Shown here one piece after another: positions 1 through 9,495 of a DNA stretch of 64,000 bases. The notes under the pieces were generated by a model. That model made no database searches and had not been told where the DNA came from. It worked only from the letters and a program-made list of their open reading frames with translations. This stretch comes from an uncultured bacterium (GTDB taxonomy: Bacteria; Babelota; Babeliae; Babelales; Vermiphilaceae): contig OY970212.1 of assembly GCA_963713925.1 (NCBI GenBank), forward strand, positions 832,001 to 896,000. The letters are read 5' to 3'. Each line of letters starts with the position of its first letter. Position 1 is the stretch's first letter. The translations under genes were made by a program, and so were the position numbers.

Positions 1-796
1 CCCCAATAGTCACCCTTTTGAGCATGTGATTTTTGTTCTTAGGGCACCGCATGTCGGTATGTCGATGAGCTTGTAAATATGATGATTGAAAAAGTCGATT
101 ATCTTCTTCAGAAAATGCTTGATGTTTTGTTACCTCTGTAAGATTTTTTTTGCGGAGACGAATCGAGTATTTTAAAACTTTTTGCATCTCTTGATATATC
201 TTTTTCAAATCTTTATTTGAGAGATCCTTTATTTTATGGTGCGGATCGATACCAGATTGAAACAAAATTTCATCTGAATATTCATTCCCAATACCGGAAA
301 TAATCTTTTGATCCATAAGAAACGATTTACTGTTTTTCGATTTGTTTTCTTCAGCAATTTTCATAAATATGGACAAAGATAATTTCAAAGCTTCCGGGCC
401 TAATGAGGATATTTCTTTAAGATCTTCAATAGAATCGACAAGCCACAACTTTCCAAATTTTCTGATATCACACCAATGCAAACTACCCTCTTTTGTAAAA
501 TGAAACGTTACCTGACTAAAGCGGACCGTTTCATCATCTTTTGTCACCACTAAAAATCCAGTGAGCCCAAAATGCATAATCAATTTTTTGTCTGATGGAC
601 TCAAAGAGATAATGAGATATTTTCCTCTTCTTTCTACCGTAGCAAATTCTTGACCGATCAAACCTTTTTTAAATGAGATGGAACTAATCTTCTTGATGAC
701 TCTTTTGTCTGCAATATCAATTGAAGTTATCTTTTTTTTGAGGCAGTTCTTCTTAACATAATAAGCAAAGGATTCTACTTCAGGTAATTCCGGCAT
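1..796 (-). CDS. mutM: Formamidopyrimidine-DNA glycosylase (Fpg/MutM family), 3' end runs off the window
   Basis: Read manually (not in the ORF track): ATG at 796 gives MPELPEVESFA, the canonical Fpg N-terminus. The end nearest position 1 reads ...HTDMRCPKNKNHMLKRVTIG, the start of the zinc-finger region. Confidence 0.9.
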   Translation of the reverse strand, partial: MPELPEVESFAYYVKKNCLKKKITSIDIADKRVIKKISSISFKKGLIGQEFATVERRGKYLIISLSPSDKKLIMHFGLTGFLVVTKDDETVRFSQVTFHFTKEGSLHWCDIRKFGKLWLVDSIEDLKEISSLGPEALKLSLSIFMKIAEENKSKNSKSFLMDQKIISGIGNEYSDEILFQSGIDPHHKIKDLSNKDLKKIYQEMQKVLKYSIRLRKKNLTEVTKHQAFSEEDNRLFQSSYLQAHRHTDMRCPKNKNHMLKRVTIG

Positions 797-863
797 GACA
801 TATTCCACTTTTTATTGGGGTATAGTTGCTGGAATTTATCCTAATAATTCTGATCTCGTTCTG

Positions 864-1958
864 TCAATAATGAAGCGAGTTATATGGCTCCACCAAGGCT
901 CTCCCTCGTTGCGCATATGTTGCAATATGCGGTAATCCATACTTCTCATAAAGCGCATGAACAAAACATTGGTATTTGGACGCATCATCTTTGTCGTCAA
1001 ACATATAGCGAGGATGAGAAGACTTTTCTAAGGTGAGAAGATGCACCGATGGATGGCCCGCATCATAAAGCGCTTGTGCAAGATTTTTTGTACATTCTGC
1101 GGGAACTTCGGGGTCAACTTTCGATGTTATAAATGCAATGGGAACCGTTCGTGGAAAATGCTCAACTTCTCTGATGGGAGATGGTCCATCAATTTGATAT
1201 GAAATAACTTTTGAAGCAACTGTTGCCGCACTCTGTAATGCCCAATCGGAATCAAAGAACCGGGGATGCCGTTTGCGCATAACAGTAGGAATATCATCGA
1301 AACACCCTTCCAAAATACAGAGTTTTATCTTGGAAATGTCATGTCCACGCCCTTCTTTAGCCAAAGTTGCCAACGATTGAAAGGTGGTTGCAGCTCCTCT
1401 GGACACTCCGTACGCAATAATGTCGCTCTCAGGATGCTTTTTCACACAACAATCAAATCGTTTTTTATGGTTGTTAATATCGCCATCTTGCGCAATGTTA
1501 ATTTTTGCAAGATCAAGAGAATGGCTTGCAATAGTATAATCGGGATCTTGATCTGCGGTTGGAAGTATCTGGGTTCCATACGAAGCATTTGACCGCTGTA
1601 CTGCGAAATAACAAAGCCTTTTGCCTAAACCATTGATCATACTCATCGGATTCAGTGTAAGATCCGACCATTGTAATGATCTTCTGGGTGCCGGGGTAAC
1701 CTCATCTATTTCAGGTGCAACATGAACATTTTGTATGGTATGTATACCGTTTTTATTTACCACCAACTCACCCGTGGTTGCTATAAATCCATCGGGTCCC
1801 GTATATTTAGCTGCTTGAGTCTGTGAGCTATTCATTCCTTGATAAAATACCGTTCGAACATCAATACCTGTGGGATTAACCCAAGTCAGATCTTGCCCGA
1901 CAAGAGAAACCGTACTCACAAGTAAAAATGAATTAAGAATTCCTGATATGTTCTTCAT
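864..1958 (-). CDS. Secreted alpha/beta-hydrolase-fold protein
   Basis: Signal peptide; nucleophile elbow YGVSRG; candidate Asp (SKVDPEVP) and His (KSSHP). Confidence 0.7.
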   Translation of the reverse strand: MKNISGILNSFLLVSTVSLVGQDLTWVNPTGIDVRTVFYQGMNSSQTQAAKYTGPDGFIATTGELVVNKNGIHTIQNVHVAPEIDEVTPAPRRSLQWSDLTLNPMSMINGLGKRLCYFAVQRSNASYGTQILPTADQDPDYTIASHSLDLAKINIAQDGDINNHKKRFDCCVKKHPESDIIAYGVSRGAATTFQSLATLAKEGRGHDISKIKLCILEGCFDDIPTVMRKRHPRFFDSDWALQSAATVASKVISYQIDGPSPIREVEHFPRTVPIAFITSKVDPEVPAECTKNLAQALYDAGHPSVHLLTLEKSSHPRYMFDDKDDASKYQCFVHALYEKYGLPHIATYAQRGRALVEPYNSLHY

Positions 1959-2041
1959 CAGAGCAAGCTCCTTGCAAATAAAATCTCTGTTATTGTATCA
2001 TGATTGCCAAACAATAGTAGTAAGAAATCCGGAGAATCAAT

Positions 2042-2794
2042 ATGAACCATTTGTCATACATAATAATTGGAATAATAAGTATCACCGGAAGCTTATTATA
2101 TTCCATACCAAATTATTGGGACCCGAAAAACATAATATCTGCAAAAGATCCTTATTGGTTTTTTCATTATGATGGAGATTTGATATTGCTTGCCCGTTAT
2201 TACCCTGCAGTGCGCGAGCAATTGCTCAAAGAAGCCGCAGAAAAAATAGCTGAATATAAAAAGGGAGCTTATACAAGCGAATCGAAATTGTTTAAAGATA
2301 AAATGCAAGTGGCTGAATCAATAAATGTTTTAGAAAATAATTATCAAGCACTTATTAATGACTTACAAGACCCTGTCGAGAGAGAATTACTTCTCGCACA
2401 AGAACAACTTAAAAAAGCGCAACAAGCTTTTGACGATCAACAAAAAAACAGCTCTTACTTTCCACCATGCAAAGCACCTCTCACTCATGACGATAGGAAA
2501 GAACTCAAAGATCTTATCGATAAACAACCCAAAGATATTTTATTGCTCACACCGGAAGAGCCTGATACCGGGGGGCCCGGCTGGGCCGGTGCAATTTTAC
2601 CAAACATGAACACTTTTGAACGTTGGGCCGACGCAGAGCAACGCTATGATCAACTCAAAAAAATGATTTCCTCATATGCCACGTGCCCGCACCTCTCTAA
2701 AGCCGATAAAACATTAATCGACAATGCACGTAAATCATTAGATGCAGCATATAAAACAGTGGTTAAAGAATTAAAAACCAAACTTTATAAATGA
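2042..2794 (+). CDS. Hypothetical secreted, helical/coiled-coil protein
   Basis: 250-aa ORF, GGAG RBS, hydrophobic N-terminus. Confidence 0.7.
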   Translation: MNHLSYIIIGIISITGSLLYSIPNYWDPKNIISAKDPYWFFHYDGDLILLARYYPAVREQLLKEAAEKIAEYKKGAYTSESKLFKDKMQVAESINVLENNYQALINDLQDPVERELLLAQEQLKKAQQAFDDQQKNSSYFPPCKAPLTHDDRKELKDLIDKQPKDILLLTPEEPDTGGPGWAGAILPNMNTFERWADAEQRYDQLKKMISSYATCPHLSKADKTLIDNARKSLDAAYKTVVKELKTKLYK

Positions 2795-2799
2795 AAAAG

Positions 2800-2824
2800 G
2801 GCAACTCATTTCTGGATTGCCTTA
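2800..2824. repeat. 25-bp hairpin/terminator, direct repeat of 7993-8017
   Basis: GGCAACTCATTTCTGGATTGCCTTA vs GGCAACTCATTTCTGAATTGCCTTA, 24/25 identical. Confidence 0.75.
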
Positions 2825-2865
2825 AAACGAATTACTTTTTTCCATTAACAATTATATACAGCCGC

Positions 2866-3093
2866 TTATTCATCTTTCTTGAATCGTGGCATCATAACCC
2901 CGTTCACTTCAACTATTTCTGTAAACATTGAAAGCGGCCGGCACCAAATCTGATTTTCCCCATACGTTGGGCAATCGTATAAAGCTTGATATACAACAAA
3001 TAGCGTATCCGGATCTTCACTGAAGCGCGCTACATGTAATACTTTATACATCTTACCTTTATAATGCTTGTAGATCTTGCCTGGTTCAATCAT
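2866..3093 (-). CDS. DUF1653 family protein
   Basis: MIEPGKIYKHYKGKMYKV...VVYQALY...WCRPLSMF...PRF matches the family pattern; start moved to ATG 3093. Confidence 0.85.
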   Translation of the reverse strand: MIEPGKIYKHYKGKMYKVLHVARFSEDPDTLFVVYQALYDCPTYGENQIWCRPLSMFTEIVEVNGVMMPRFKKDE

Positions 3094-3152
3094 ATTTTGT
3101 GTATTGATTTGATTGCTATTTAATCTATCGAGCAACATAATTTACCTCTTCA

Positions 3153-4106
3153 TTAACGTATGAATTTCACTAAACCAATCATCGCATATGCCTCTTCATA
3201 ATTGAATCCATGGCAATCGATGCCAAAATCGCTAAGGATTCTTTTTTGATATTCCGAGATAGGTTTAACGGAAGCATAAGGCTTTGATGATTGAGATTTT
3301 TGAATGTGCACGGTTGATTTTTTAAACTCTTCCATGAGATTTCTAAAATCTGTTATATATCGCCGAGCAATCTCTACAGACTGAACTCTCATCATGTTTT
3401 CATAATTTTTACTAAAAGCCGTTCCTGTTAAATTTGCTGAACCTACCCATGTAATACTAGCATCGATCACTATAAATTTATGGTGCATGCGTACCGCATC
3501 TACATTTGATTCAGCAAACTTGATTCCACTTTTTATAAATTGTTGTTGCAATAGCGCGACGTTCGGTGTCGACCTATCGAAAATAATCTCAATTTCTACA
3601 TTTCTTTTTCTGGCAACCCTTAGGGCCATGATAATATTCGAATGGGTAAGCCAATACGATGCGATGCATATTTTCTCGTTTGCGCTCATCAAATCTTCAT
3701 AGAGGCGCCCAACGCATTCTTGCCATTCATTCGGCATAAAAAACGGCTCAATTGATGAAGGAGGCAATGAAACGAGCCGTTCCCGTCGAGTAAAAAAAGA
3801 ACGAAACATCATCCCTATTACAAGCACAAAAAAACAAACTATGAGCGCAATGCTCCAATCATAGGGAATCTCTTGTGAAGGCATTTGTGGTGAGATAGTT
3901 GAAATAGGCCTCTGCAACGAAACTTGAGCCGGCTGACGCACCATCGCGCCAGTATCAATTTTTTTCGTTGCCTTGGTTGACTCCGATGCAACGGCTTTTA
4001 CTTTTTTTCCGAAGGGCCAAATTCGACTTAAAAAACTTCTTGGCTGATCAGCCAAATTTTGATTCGTAAAAGCGAATAATACCAAAAACAATACTTTTCT
4101 AGTCAC
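3153..4106 (-). CDS. Membrane-anchored phospholipase D/Nuc-like (single HKD) protein
   Basis: Signal-like N-terminus, one TM segment, motif MHHKFIVID...GSANLT...NYEN. Confidence 0.8.
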   Translation of the reverse strand: MTRKVLFLVLFAFTNQNLADQPRSFLSRIWPFGKKVKAVASESTKATKKIDTGAMVRQPAQVSLQRPISTISPQMPSQEIPYDWSIALIVCFFVLVIGMMFRSFFTRRERLVSLPPSSIEPFFMPNEWQECVGRLYEDLMSANEKICIASYWLTHSNIIMALRVARKRNVEIEIIFDRSTPNVALLQQQFIKSGIKFAESNVDAVRMHHKFIVIDASITWVGSANLTGTAFSKNYENMMRVQSVEIARRYITDFRNLMEEFKKSTVHIQKSQSSKPYASVKPISEYQKRILSDFGIDCHGFNYEEAYAMIGLVKFIR

Positions 4107-4309
4107 AAAAGCCCCCTATCATTACTCTTTTTAGCATACCTCGAATTTCTTTAGCGCGCTAATTCAAAAAACAGATTGACAAAGATGACCGGAGCGATAT
4201 ATGTAAACGCTTCCTTTAAAATCAGATGGATTATTATTCTACATACACACTGTCAGACAACTGATTGTCAATTATCTTACAAACAAGTGATAACAATGGA
4301 ACTACTTGC

Positions 4310-4903
4310 TCATTTTGATTCGATAATGAAAAACCTGTCCATAGTAGATGCAAAATTATTTGTAGCTTCTATCTTTTCAAGATATTCCTGAACATCTTTA
4401 AAAATTACTAAAGGGTAACCTCCTTTTATTAATATTAACTGTAAAAGAATATGTGCAGTTCGACCATTTCCACCTCGAAAAAAATGTAGTACCGTCAATC
4501 GAATATGCGCGAGTACCGCAATTTTAATAACATGCTCATCAGATTTTAAACCCGATATAAAATGATCTATGAATCCATAATCATCTATCATTTTACGAGA
4601 AGGAATACGTATCGGTGGTTTATCACCTTTTAGAATACCGAAACTATCAGACTCAGACCGTAAAACACCGTCACAATCTTCAAGGCTGAGATTAATCTCT
4701 TGAATGTGCTGGAATGTTATCTCTCTTAGAGATAACGACTTGGTCAACTCGCTGATTTTCTGTGTAGCCGCAGAATTGATCATTTTCAATGTGCCATCCG
4801 TCGAAGGATACTGTAATTCACGCACAGAAATTTCGTATTGTGATTTCCGTTTTTTCTCATCAATTTTTTTTAAATTAAAATCGATATCAATCATAGTTTT
4901 CAT
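4310..4903 (-). CDS. Fic-domain protein with a degenerate motif
   Basis: AHIRLTVLHFFRGGNGRTAHILLQLILIKGGYP resembles the Fic core HPFxDGNGRxxR; start uncertain (4903 or 4936). Confidence 0.75.
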   Translation of the reverse strand: MKTMIDIDFNLKKIDEKKRKSQYEISVRELQYPSTDGTLKMINSAATQKISELTKSLSLREITFQHIQEINLSLEDCDGVLRSESDSFGILKGDKPPIRIPSRKMIDDYGFIDHFISGLKSDEHVIKIAVLAHIRLTVLHFFRGGNGRTAHILLQLILIKGGYPLVIFKDVQEYLEKIEATNNFASTMDRFFIIESK

Positions 4904-4984
4904 TGTCCAGTTTTTAAAAATTATTTTGTGCAACAAAAAAGCCCCGAATTACTCGGAGCCTTTTAATAATTTTAATTAAATCCC

Positions 4985-5097
4985 TAGCTAAGCAGTGGCG
5001 GCGCTTGAGCCAGGCGAAGCCGAGGCACCCGAAGGATGACTTGGCGAGGGTTGGGTCCCAAGTGAAGCAAAGCGAAACTTGGGTAAAAAGACTGGCT
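4985..5097. repeat. Intergenic palindromic repeat cluster
   Basis: GC-rich stems including GGGTCCCAAGT...AACTTGGGTAAAA (5053-5088), also seen at 40507, 54020 and 56865. Confidence 0.7.
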
Positions 5098-5202
5098 GGA
5101 GACGCTGCGCACTCTTCGAACTTTCAACTGGAAAGGCTTGCAGAAAACAATAAACATATTTGCGTTGAATCCGCCCAATTCAGTCCGAATTGCATAAAGT
5201 CA

Positions 5203-5433
5203 TCAATTTTCTTCATCTCTTAAAGAAGAAAATGTTGTTTCTAAAAAATACCCCTGATAATAACTATGTAGGCGTTCTTTTAAACATTTAAAATGACAAA
5301 AAAAATCTTGTGTAGGCTGATATTTTATCTCTTTGCCATAATTTGCCATGATATTCATGTTACACGGGTCAACATCTGAAGGCTCAATTGCTTGATTGCA
5401 AAAACAACAAGAAAACTTTAGTTCATTTGTCAT
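5203..5433 (-). CDS. Small Cys/His protein (CCFC...FCHFKC), possible metal-binding or orphan immunity protein
   Basis: 76-aa ORF directly downstream of the immunity gene, 3-nt gap. Confidence 0.6.
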   Translation of the reverse strand: MTNELKFSCCFCNQAIEPSDVDPCNMNIMANYGKEIKYQPTQDFFCHFKCLKERLHSYYQGYFLETTFSSLRDEEN

Positions 5434-5436
5434 CCA

Positions 5437-5874
5437 TTATGCCTCGATTTTCAAATCAATTACCCCGACAGTTATATCATCCCCGGGTAATATCTCTATT
5501 ATATATCCTTCTGATGGGTTGAAAATGAATTTATCAAAGGTGACACTTACAACGTAATCATATTGTTGTATTACATCATATATATTTGTCTTTATAGCAG
5601 GGATTGCAGCTGAACCCCACTCTATAAATACGGACGGATCAAAATCATCACCTAAAAATCTCTTCAATGAATCTATTATCATAGTATAATTTGTGCCCAA
5701 ATTCATTTTATGATTAATTTTGTCCCAATCAATTTTCCCCCATTCTGTCATTGGATACAAATCGGTAAAAAGTTGCAATACCCTATCTGATTCTTGCTCA
5801 GGTAGTAGCTCTATTTTTAAAGCTTCAATACACCTTAGAAATGGTGCATTGCGCGTGTGCCTTGTTTGAGACAT
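5437..5874 (-). CDS. CDI-type immunity protein (CdiI NC101-like)
   Basis: FLRCIEAL, YPMTEWGKIDW and IPAIKTNI...KFIFN resemble, from recall, CdiI of E. coli NC101; begins 1 nt after the toxin stop. Confidence 0.7.
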   Translation of the reverse strand: MSQTRHTRNAPFLRCIEALKIELLPEQESDRVLQLFTDLYPMTEWGKIDWDKINHKMNLGTNYTMIIDSLKRFLGDDFDPSVFIEWGSAAIPAIKTNIYDVIQQYDYVVSVTFDKFIFNPSEGYIIEILPGDDITVGVIDLKIEA

Positions 5875-5875
5875 G

Positions 5876-7915
5876 CTATTCCCTTTTGTTTTTATTTAAA
5901 TTCTCAATGGCATTCAAAATGAGCGATAAATATTTATTATCTGTCTGCATAAAAATCGTCTTAGTCATTTCAAGATTAGCACGAGTATTTAAATGTTTTA
6001 TTAAACTTTGCACCGTTGATTCAGTCCCCTCAAATAGAACAGCGTATACATTTCCTTTTACCCCGTTACCTAATCTATAATCTGTGATGTTTATATGTGG
6101 ACCTTTCCCAGGGGCATAGTCGATTCTAAAAGATACATCTCCATCGTGCCAATCGGTTCCTATAATCTTACCTTTAAGCTTACCGAACTTACCGACGTGT
6201 GGAGTAGCCGTATGCGGATCAACCTTACCGATAAGCTCTAAGGCTTTATTTCTTGCTTGCTCATAAGTTTTCATTCTTGGAATAGATTTTTCACGCTTAG
6301 GTATATTTGTATGTGAATCAATAAAAGGAGTCTTTTCGTTCGACAACTTTCCAGCTTTCAGCAACATTCCCTCAGGAGTTGCTAAAAATAATTCCGGTTC
6401 CGCTTGCGGATATTTTTCGATAAACTCGATTGCTTTCATACGAGCTTTACCATAGATTGAATTCAATCCTTTGAGCATTCGGCCTTGAGCATACCAGCCA
6501 ACAGTGACCTGAGTAGCGAGTTCAGCAGCCTGTGCCGCCGAAATTCCTTTTTCAAATTGTGTCAGAAGTGCATCAACAGGCGCCAAATAGGCATCGAGCT
6601 TTTCATATCCAGCCAGCCGATCGTAATAAGATGTAATCGCAATATCCGCTACTGCATAAGCAAGTTTGCACGCTTGATACGCCAATACATATTGTCCGGC
6701 TACAAGGCAAAGTCCCGTATGCAATGGATGAGTTGCCAAATCATACGCAGCATAATACACACCCAGGCATGCCCCTTTTGCCATTGCATGCCCTATATCA
6801 AGAAGCACGAAACAAAAATCGTTGATTGTTGTCGCTTTGTGCGTCAAACCAATTTGGTTAAACTCACGTGACGCATCAACGCAATCCATAAAATCTTTTC
6901 TGTATATATACAGCGAATCAACTGTTTGCAGTCGTGCTGTTCGATCTAAAACATCAATACATTCTTGATGCACCGCTTGCTGGAGTTGGTTGCCATAATG
7001 AGTCGTGAATTGGTTCTGATTATAATTGCATTCGCCGATCAGGCCGATGGAAGGTGCTTCAAGTGTATATTCCAATTGCTTATACTCGGCGCCCGAATTT
7101 TGTGTAGCATTAAGAGCAGCCATTCGCTTCCCAAAATGCTCATTTGATAGTCCATAATGACGGGCAATATCTGATGAATTATTCCACAATAGTGCATCAT
7201 TAGTAATCTGATTCAGACTATTGTAAAAAGTGTTTCTGAGCTTTTCTCGTTCTTCTTCAAGCTTTTTCCGAGCGGCTTCTTCACGCTCTTTTCGCGCTTG
7301 TTCTTCCTTGATTTCTCGATCTCTTTTCTCATGAAACAAGCGTCTGCTTTCTATTTTATCGCACTCTTGTGCTATTGCGTTATGCGCATTCGTCGTTACG
7401 CGTTTTTCGATTTCTTTATTGGAATGTATTAGCTCGTGAAGTGCCTTGACCTTGCTTTCATATCCGGAAAACTGACTAACAGTATCCCGAAATGCTTCAT
7501 ATTCGTACAAATTGATTTGATTGAGTATGTTTTCTTGGTCTTTAAAGCTGATATAAAAATACTTGCTTTCCGTATTGACAAAAAAAGTATATCCACGCTC
7601 AAATGCCCAAAAAACATCAATAGGAAAAGAAGATATTTGGCAACGTAATCGAGCTATTGCGGTATAATAATCTTTTCTGCTCCAATATTTGCATTCATGT
7701 TGTCTTTCAAAAAGAGCCTTATCATGCTCCGCCAACCCAAGCCAATTTCTTTTATTCGACCCAATCCCAAATTGGCTATAAATATCATTGGCGTGTTGAT
7801 TATCGTAACGAGATTTTTCCGGTTTCTCGGGAACAGGTGGTATTTCGGGATTATCGGGATTGTATGAAAAGATGGAACTATAAAAGAATATCGAAAAGAG
7901 AAATGTTATAAACAT
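5876..7915 (-). CDS. Polymorphic toxin: signal peptide, lineage-specific helical carrier and C-terminal BECR-type tRNase
   Basis: C-terminal TYEQARNKAL...GKIIG...DG..SFRIDYAPGKGPHINITDY...FEGTE...LIKHLN resembles CdiA-CT NC101 (recalled); followed by an immunity-like gene. Confidence 0.75.
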   Translation of the reverse strand: MFITFLFSIFFYSSIFSYNPDNPEIPPVPEKPEKSRYDNQHANDIYSQFGIGSNKRNWLGLAEHDKALFERQHECKYWSRKDYYTAIARLRCQISSFPIDVFWAFERGYTFFVNTESKYFYISFKDQENILNQINLYEYEAFRDTVSQFSGYESKVKALHELIHSNKEIEKRVTTNAHNAIAQECDKIESRRLFHEKRDREIKEEQARKEREEAARKKLEEEREKLRNTFYNSLNQITNDALLWNNSSDIARHYGLSNEHFGKRMAALNATQNSGAEYKQLEYTLEAPSIGLIGECNYNQNQFTTHYGNQLQQAVHQECIDVLDRTARLQTVDSLYIYRKDFMDCVDASREFNQIGLTHKATTINDFCFVLLDIGHAMAKGACLGVYYAAYDLATHPLHTGLCLVAGQYVLAYQACKLAYAVADIAITSYYDRLAGYEKLDAYLAPVDALLTQFEKGISAAQAAELATQVTVGWYAQGRMLKGLNSIYGKARMKAIEFIEKYPQAEPELFLATPEGMLLKAGKLSNEKTPFIDSHTNIPKREKSIPRMKTYEQARNKALELIGKVDPHTATPHVGKFGKLKGKIIGTDWHDGDVSFRIDYAPGKGPHINITDYRLGNGVKGNVYAVLFEGTESTVQSLIKHLNTRANLEMTKTIFMQTDNKYLSLILNAIENLNKNKRE

Positions 7916-7990
7916 TGGTGTAACCCTTTTTGGACTCGCATGTTGTTATCTGAGTTTATAACATGGATCGAAATTGATTGCAAAACAAAT

Positions 7991-8017
7991 AAGGCAACTC
8001 ATTTCTGAATTGCCTTA
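7991..8017 (-). terminator. Hairpin downstream of tRNA-Gln; second copy of the 25-bp repeat
   Basis: AAGGCAA-CTCATTTCTGAA-TTGCCTT stem-loop. Confidence 0.6.
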
Positions 8018-8073
8018 TAATAATTCCTTAGCTGGCCGTGCCAGCCATTTATCATTTTTTCAAAAATGATAAA

Positions 8074-8148
8074 TGGCTGGGGTGGAAGGATTCGAACCTC
8101 CGGATGCCGGTACCAAAAACCGGTGCCTTACCACTTGGCGACACCCCA
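8074..8148 (-). tRNA. tRNA-Gln (UUG) with encoded CCA
   Basis: Reverse complement TGGGGTGTCGCCAAGTGGTAAGGCACCGGTTTTTGGTACCGGCATCCGGAGGTTCGAATCCTTCCACCCCAGCCA folds as a cloverleaf with anticodon TTG. Confidence 0.97.
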
Positions 8149-8185
8149 CCAAAATTTAATGTCGAAAGATGTGCTTTATTTTAAA

Positions 8186-8479
8186 TTACTCTTCATCTTC
8201 AGCTGATCCGTATGCATCGCCTGAGGCAACCACACGATCATATTCTTTGATGATCATATCTTCAATTTTTTTGCGCATATCCGAGTTGAGCGGATGAACG
8301 ATATCTCTAAACGTTCCATCTTTTCTGCGGCGCGAAGGCATGGAGACAAATAAACCTTTATTTCCTTCGATGACCTTCAAATCTCTCACGATGAAACTGT
8401 TGTCGAACACAACGGTTGCATATGCTTTGAGTCTGCCACTTTCTTTTGCCGGATATACTTTTACTTCAGTTATTTCCAT
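8186..8479 (-). CDS. spoVG: Septation regulator SpoVG
   Basis: MEITEVKV...LKAYATVVFD...GLFVSMPSR...FRDIVHPLN. Confidence 0.95.
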   Translation of the reverse strand: MEITEVKVYPAKESGRLKAYATVVFDNSFIVRDLKVIEGNKGLFVSMPSRRRKDGTFRDIVHPLNSDMRKKIEDMIIKEYDRVVASGDAYGSAEDEE

Positions 8480-8583
8480 GGTCGCAACCTTTAGAGACTA
8501 CATCCCTTTTTTTTGGGTTTATATTACGCACATATCAATTGTGAGACAATTGTATCTCATGAAGCGCATTTGTCAACACAATT

Positions 8584-9480
8584 TTACAGCTTCAAAGCAG
8601 CTCGTAAACATGCTGATCGTGCGGATGGATTGCGCTCAAGCTCATCTTCGCTTGCAGTCACCACATGGGGGGTAAGTAGTTTAACCCGACCCAGCGATTC
8701 GGCATCCTTGAAATATTGTTTTACCAAACGATCTTCCAAAGAATGGAAACTAATACACACCAAACGACCTCCAGGAACCAATAGATGCTCAGCCGCCGCC
8801 AAAAATGAGCGTATATTCTCAAGCTCATTATTGACATACATACGAAGCGCTTGAAACACTTGGGTTGCCGGGTGAATATTCTTTTTAAAGGGGACCACTG
8901 ATTCGACAATCTGAGCTAATTGAGCAGTGGTAGTTATAGGCTTTAAAATGCGTGCTTGCACGATTGCCTGCGCTATTTGTCTGCCATTTCTCTCTTGGCC
9001 ATACTCCCAAAAAATTTCGGCCAGCTTCTGCTCAGATGCCTTATTGACCAATTCGGCGGCCGTCACCTTATAATGGGAGGGGGACATTCGCATATCTAAA
9101 GGGGTATCGGTATTAAATGAGAAGCCCTTACGCTCACGAAGCTGCATCTGAGATGTTCCAAAATCTGCCAAAATCCCATCAACAGATTTGATGCCTTCTT
9201 TTTTTGCAATTTTATACAAAAGTGCAAAGTTGCCCCATAATAGTCGCAAACGTTCAGGCCCAAATTCCTCAACTAATTGGTCTCCAAAGGTGTCTAATGA
9301 AATCTGATCCCAATCAAGACCAATGACGCGGCACCCGGGTTCTTTTTCCAAAATGGCTCGCGTGTGGCCGCCTGCCCCGAAGGTGACGTCTAAATAAACT
9401 TTACCGGGCTGTGGATCTAAATAAGTAAGCACTTCATCGACCAACACCGATTTGTGTCCCTGTGACGCGGAAAGTGTCAT
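8584..9480 (-). CDS. rsmH: 16S rRNA m4C1402 methyltransferase
   Basis: HKSVL, DVTFGAGGH, PLDMRM, FQALR, ISFHSLEDR, NPSARSA. Confidence 0.95.
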   Translation of the reverse strand: MTLSASQGHKSVLVDEVLTYLDPQPGKVYLDVTFGAGGHTRAILEKEPGCRVIGLDWDQISLDTFGDQLVEEFGPERLRLLWGNFALLYKIAKKEGIKSVDGILADFGTSQMQLRERKGFSFNTDTPLDMRMSPSHYKVTAAELVNKASEQKLAEIFWEYGQERNGRQIAQAIVQARILKPITTTAQLAQIVESVVPFKKNIHPATQVFQALRMYVNNELENIRSFLAAAEHLLVPGGRLVCISFHSLEDRLVKQYFKDAESLGRVKLLTPHVVTASEDELERNPSARSACLRAALKL

Positions 9481-9495
9481 GAATTTCCTTGTATA

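Noticed and set aside
2800..8017. Prophage or active integrative element
   Set aside because: No integrase or phage genes, and the tRNA 3' end is not duplicated at the far boundary.
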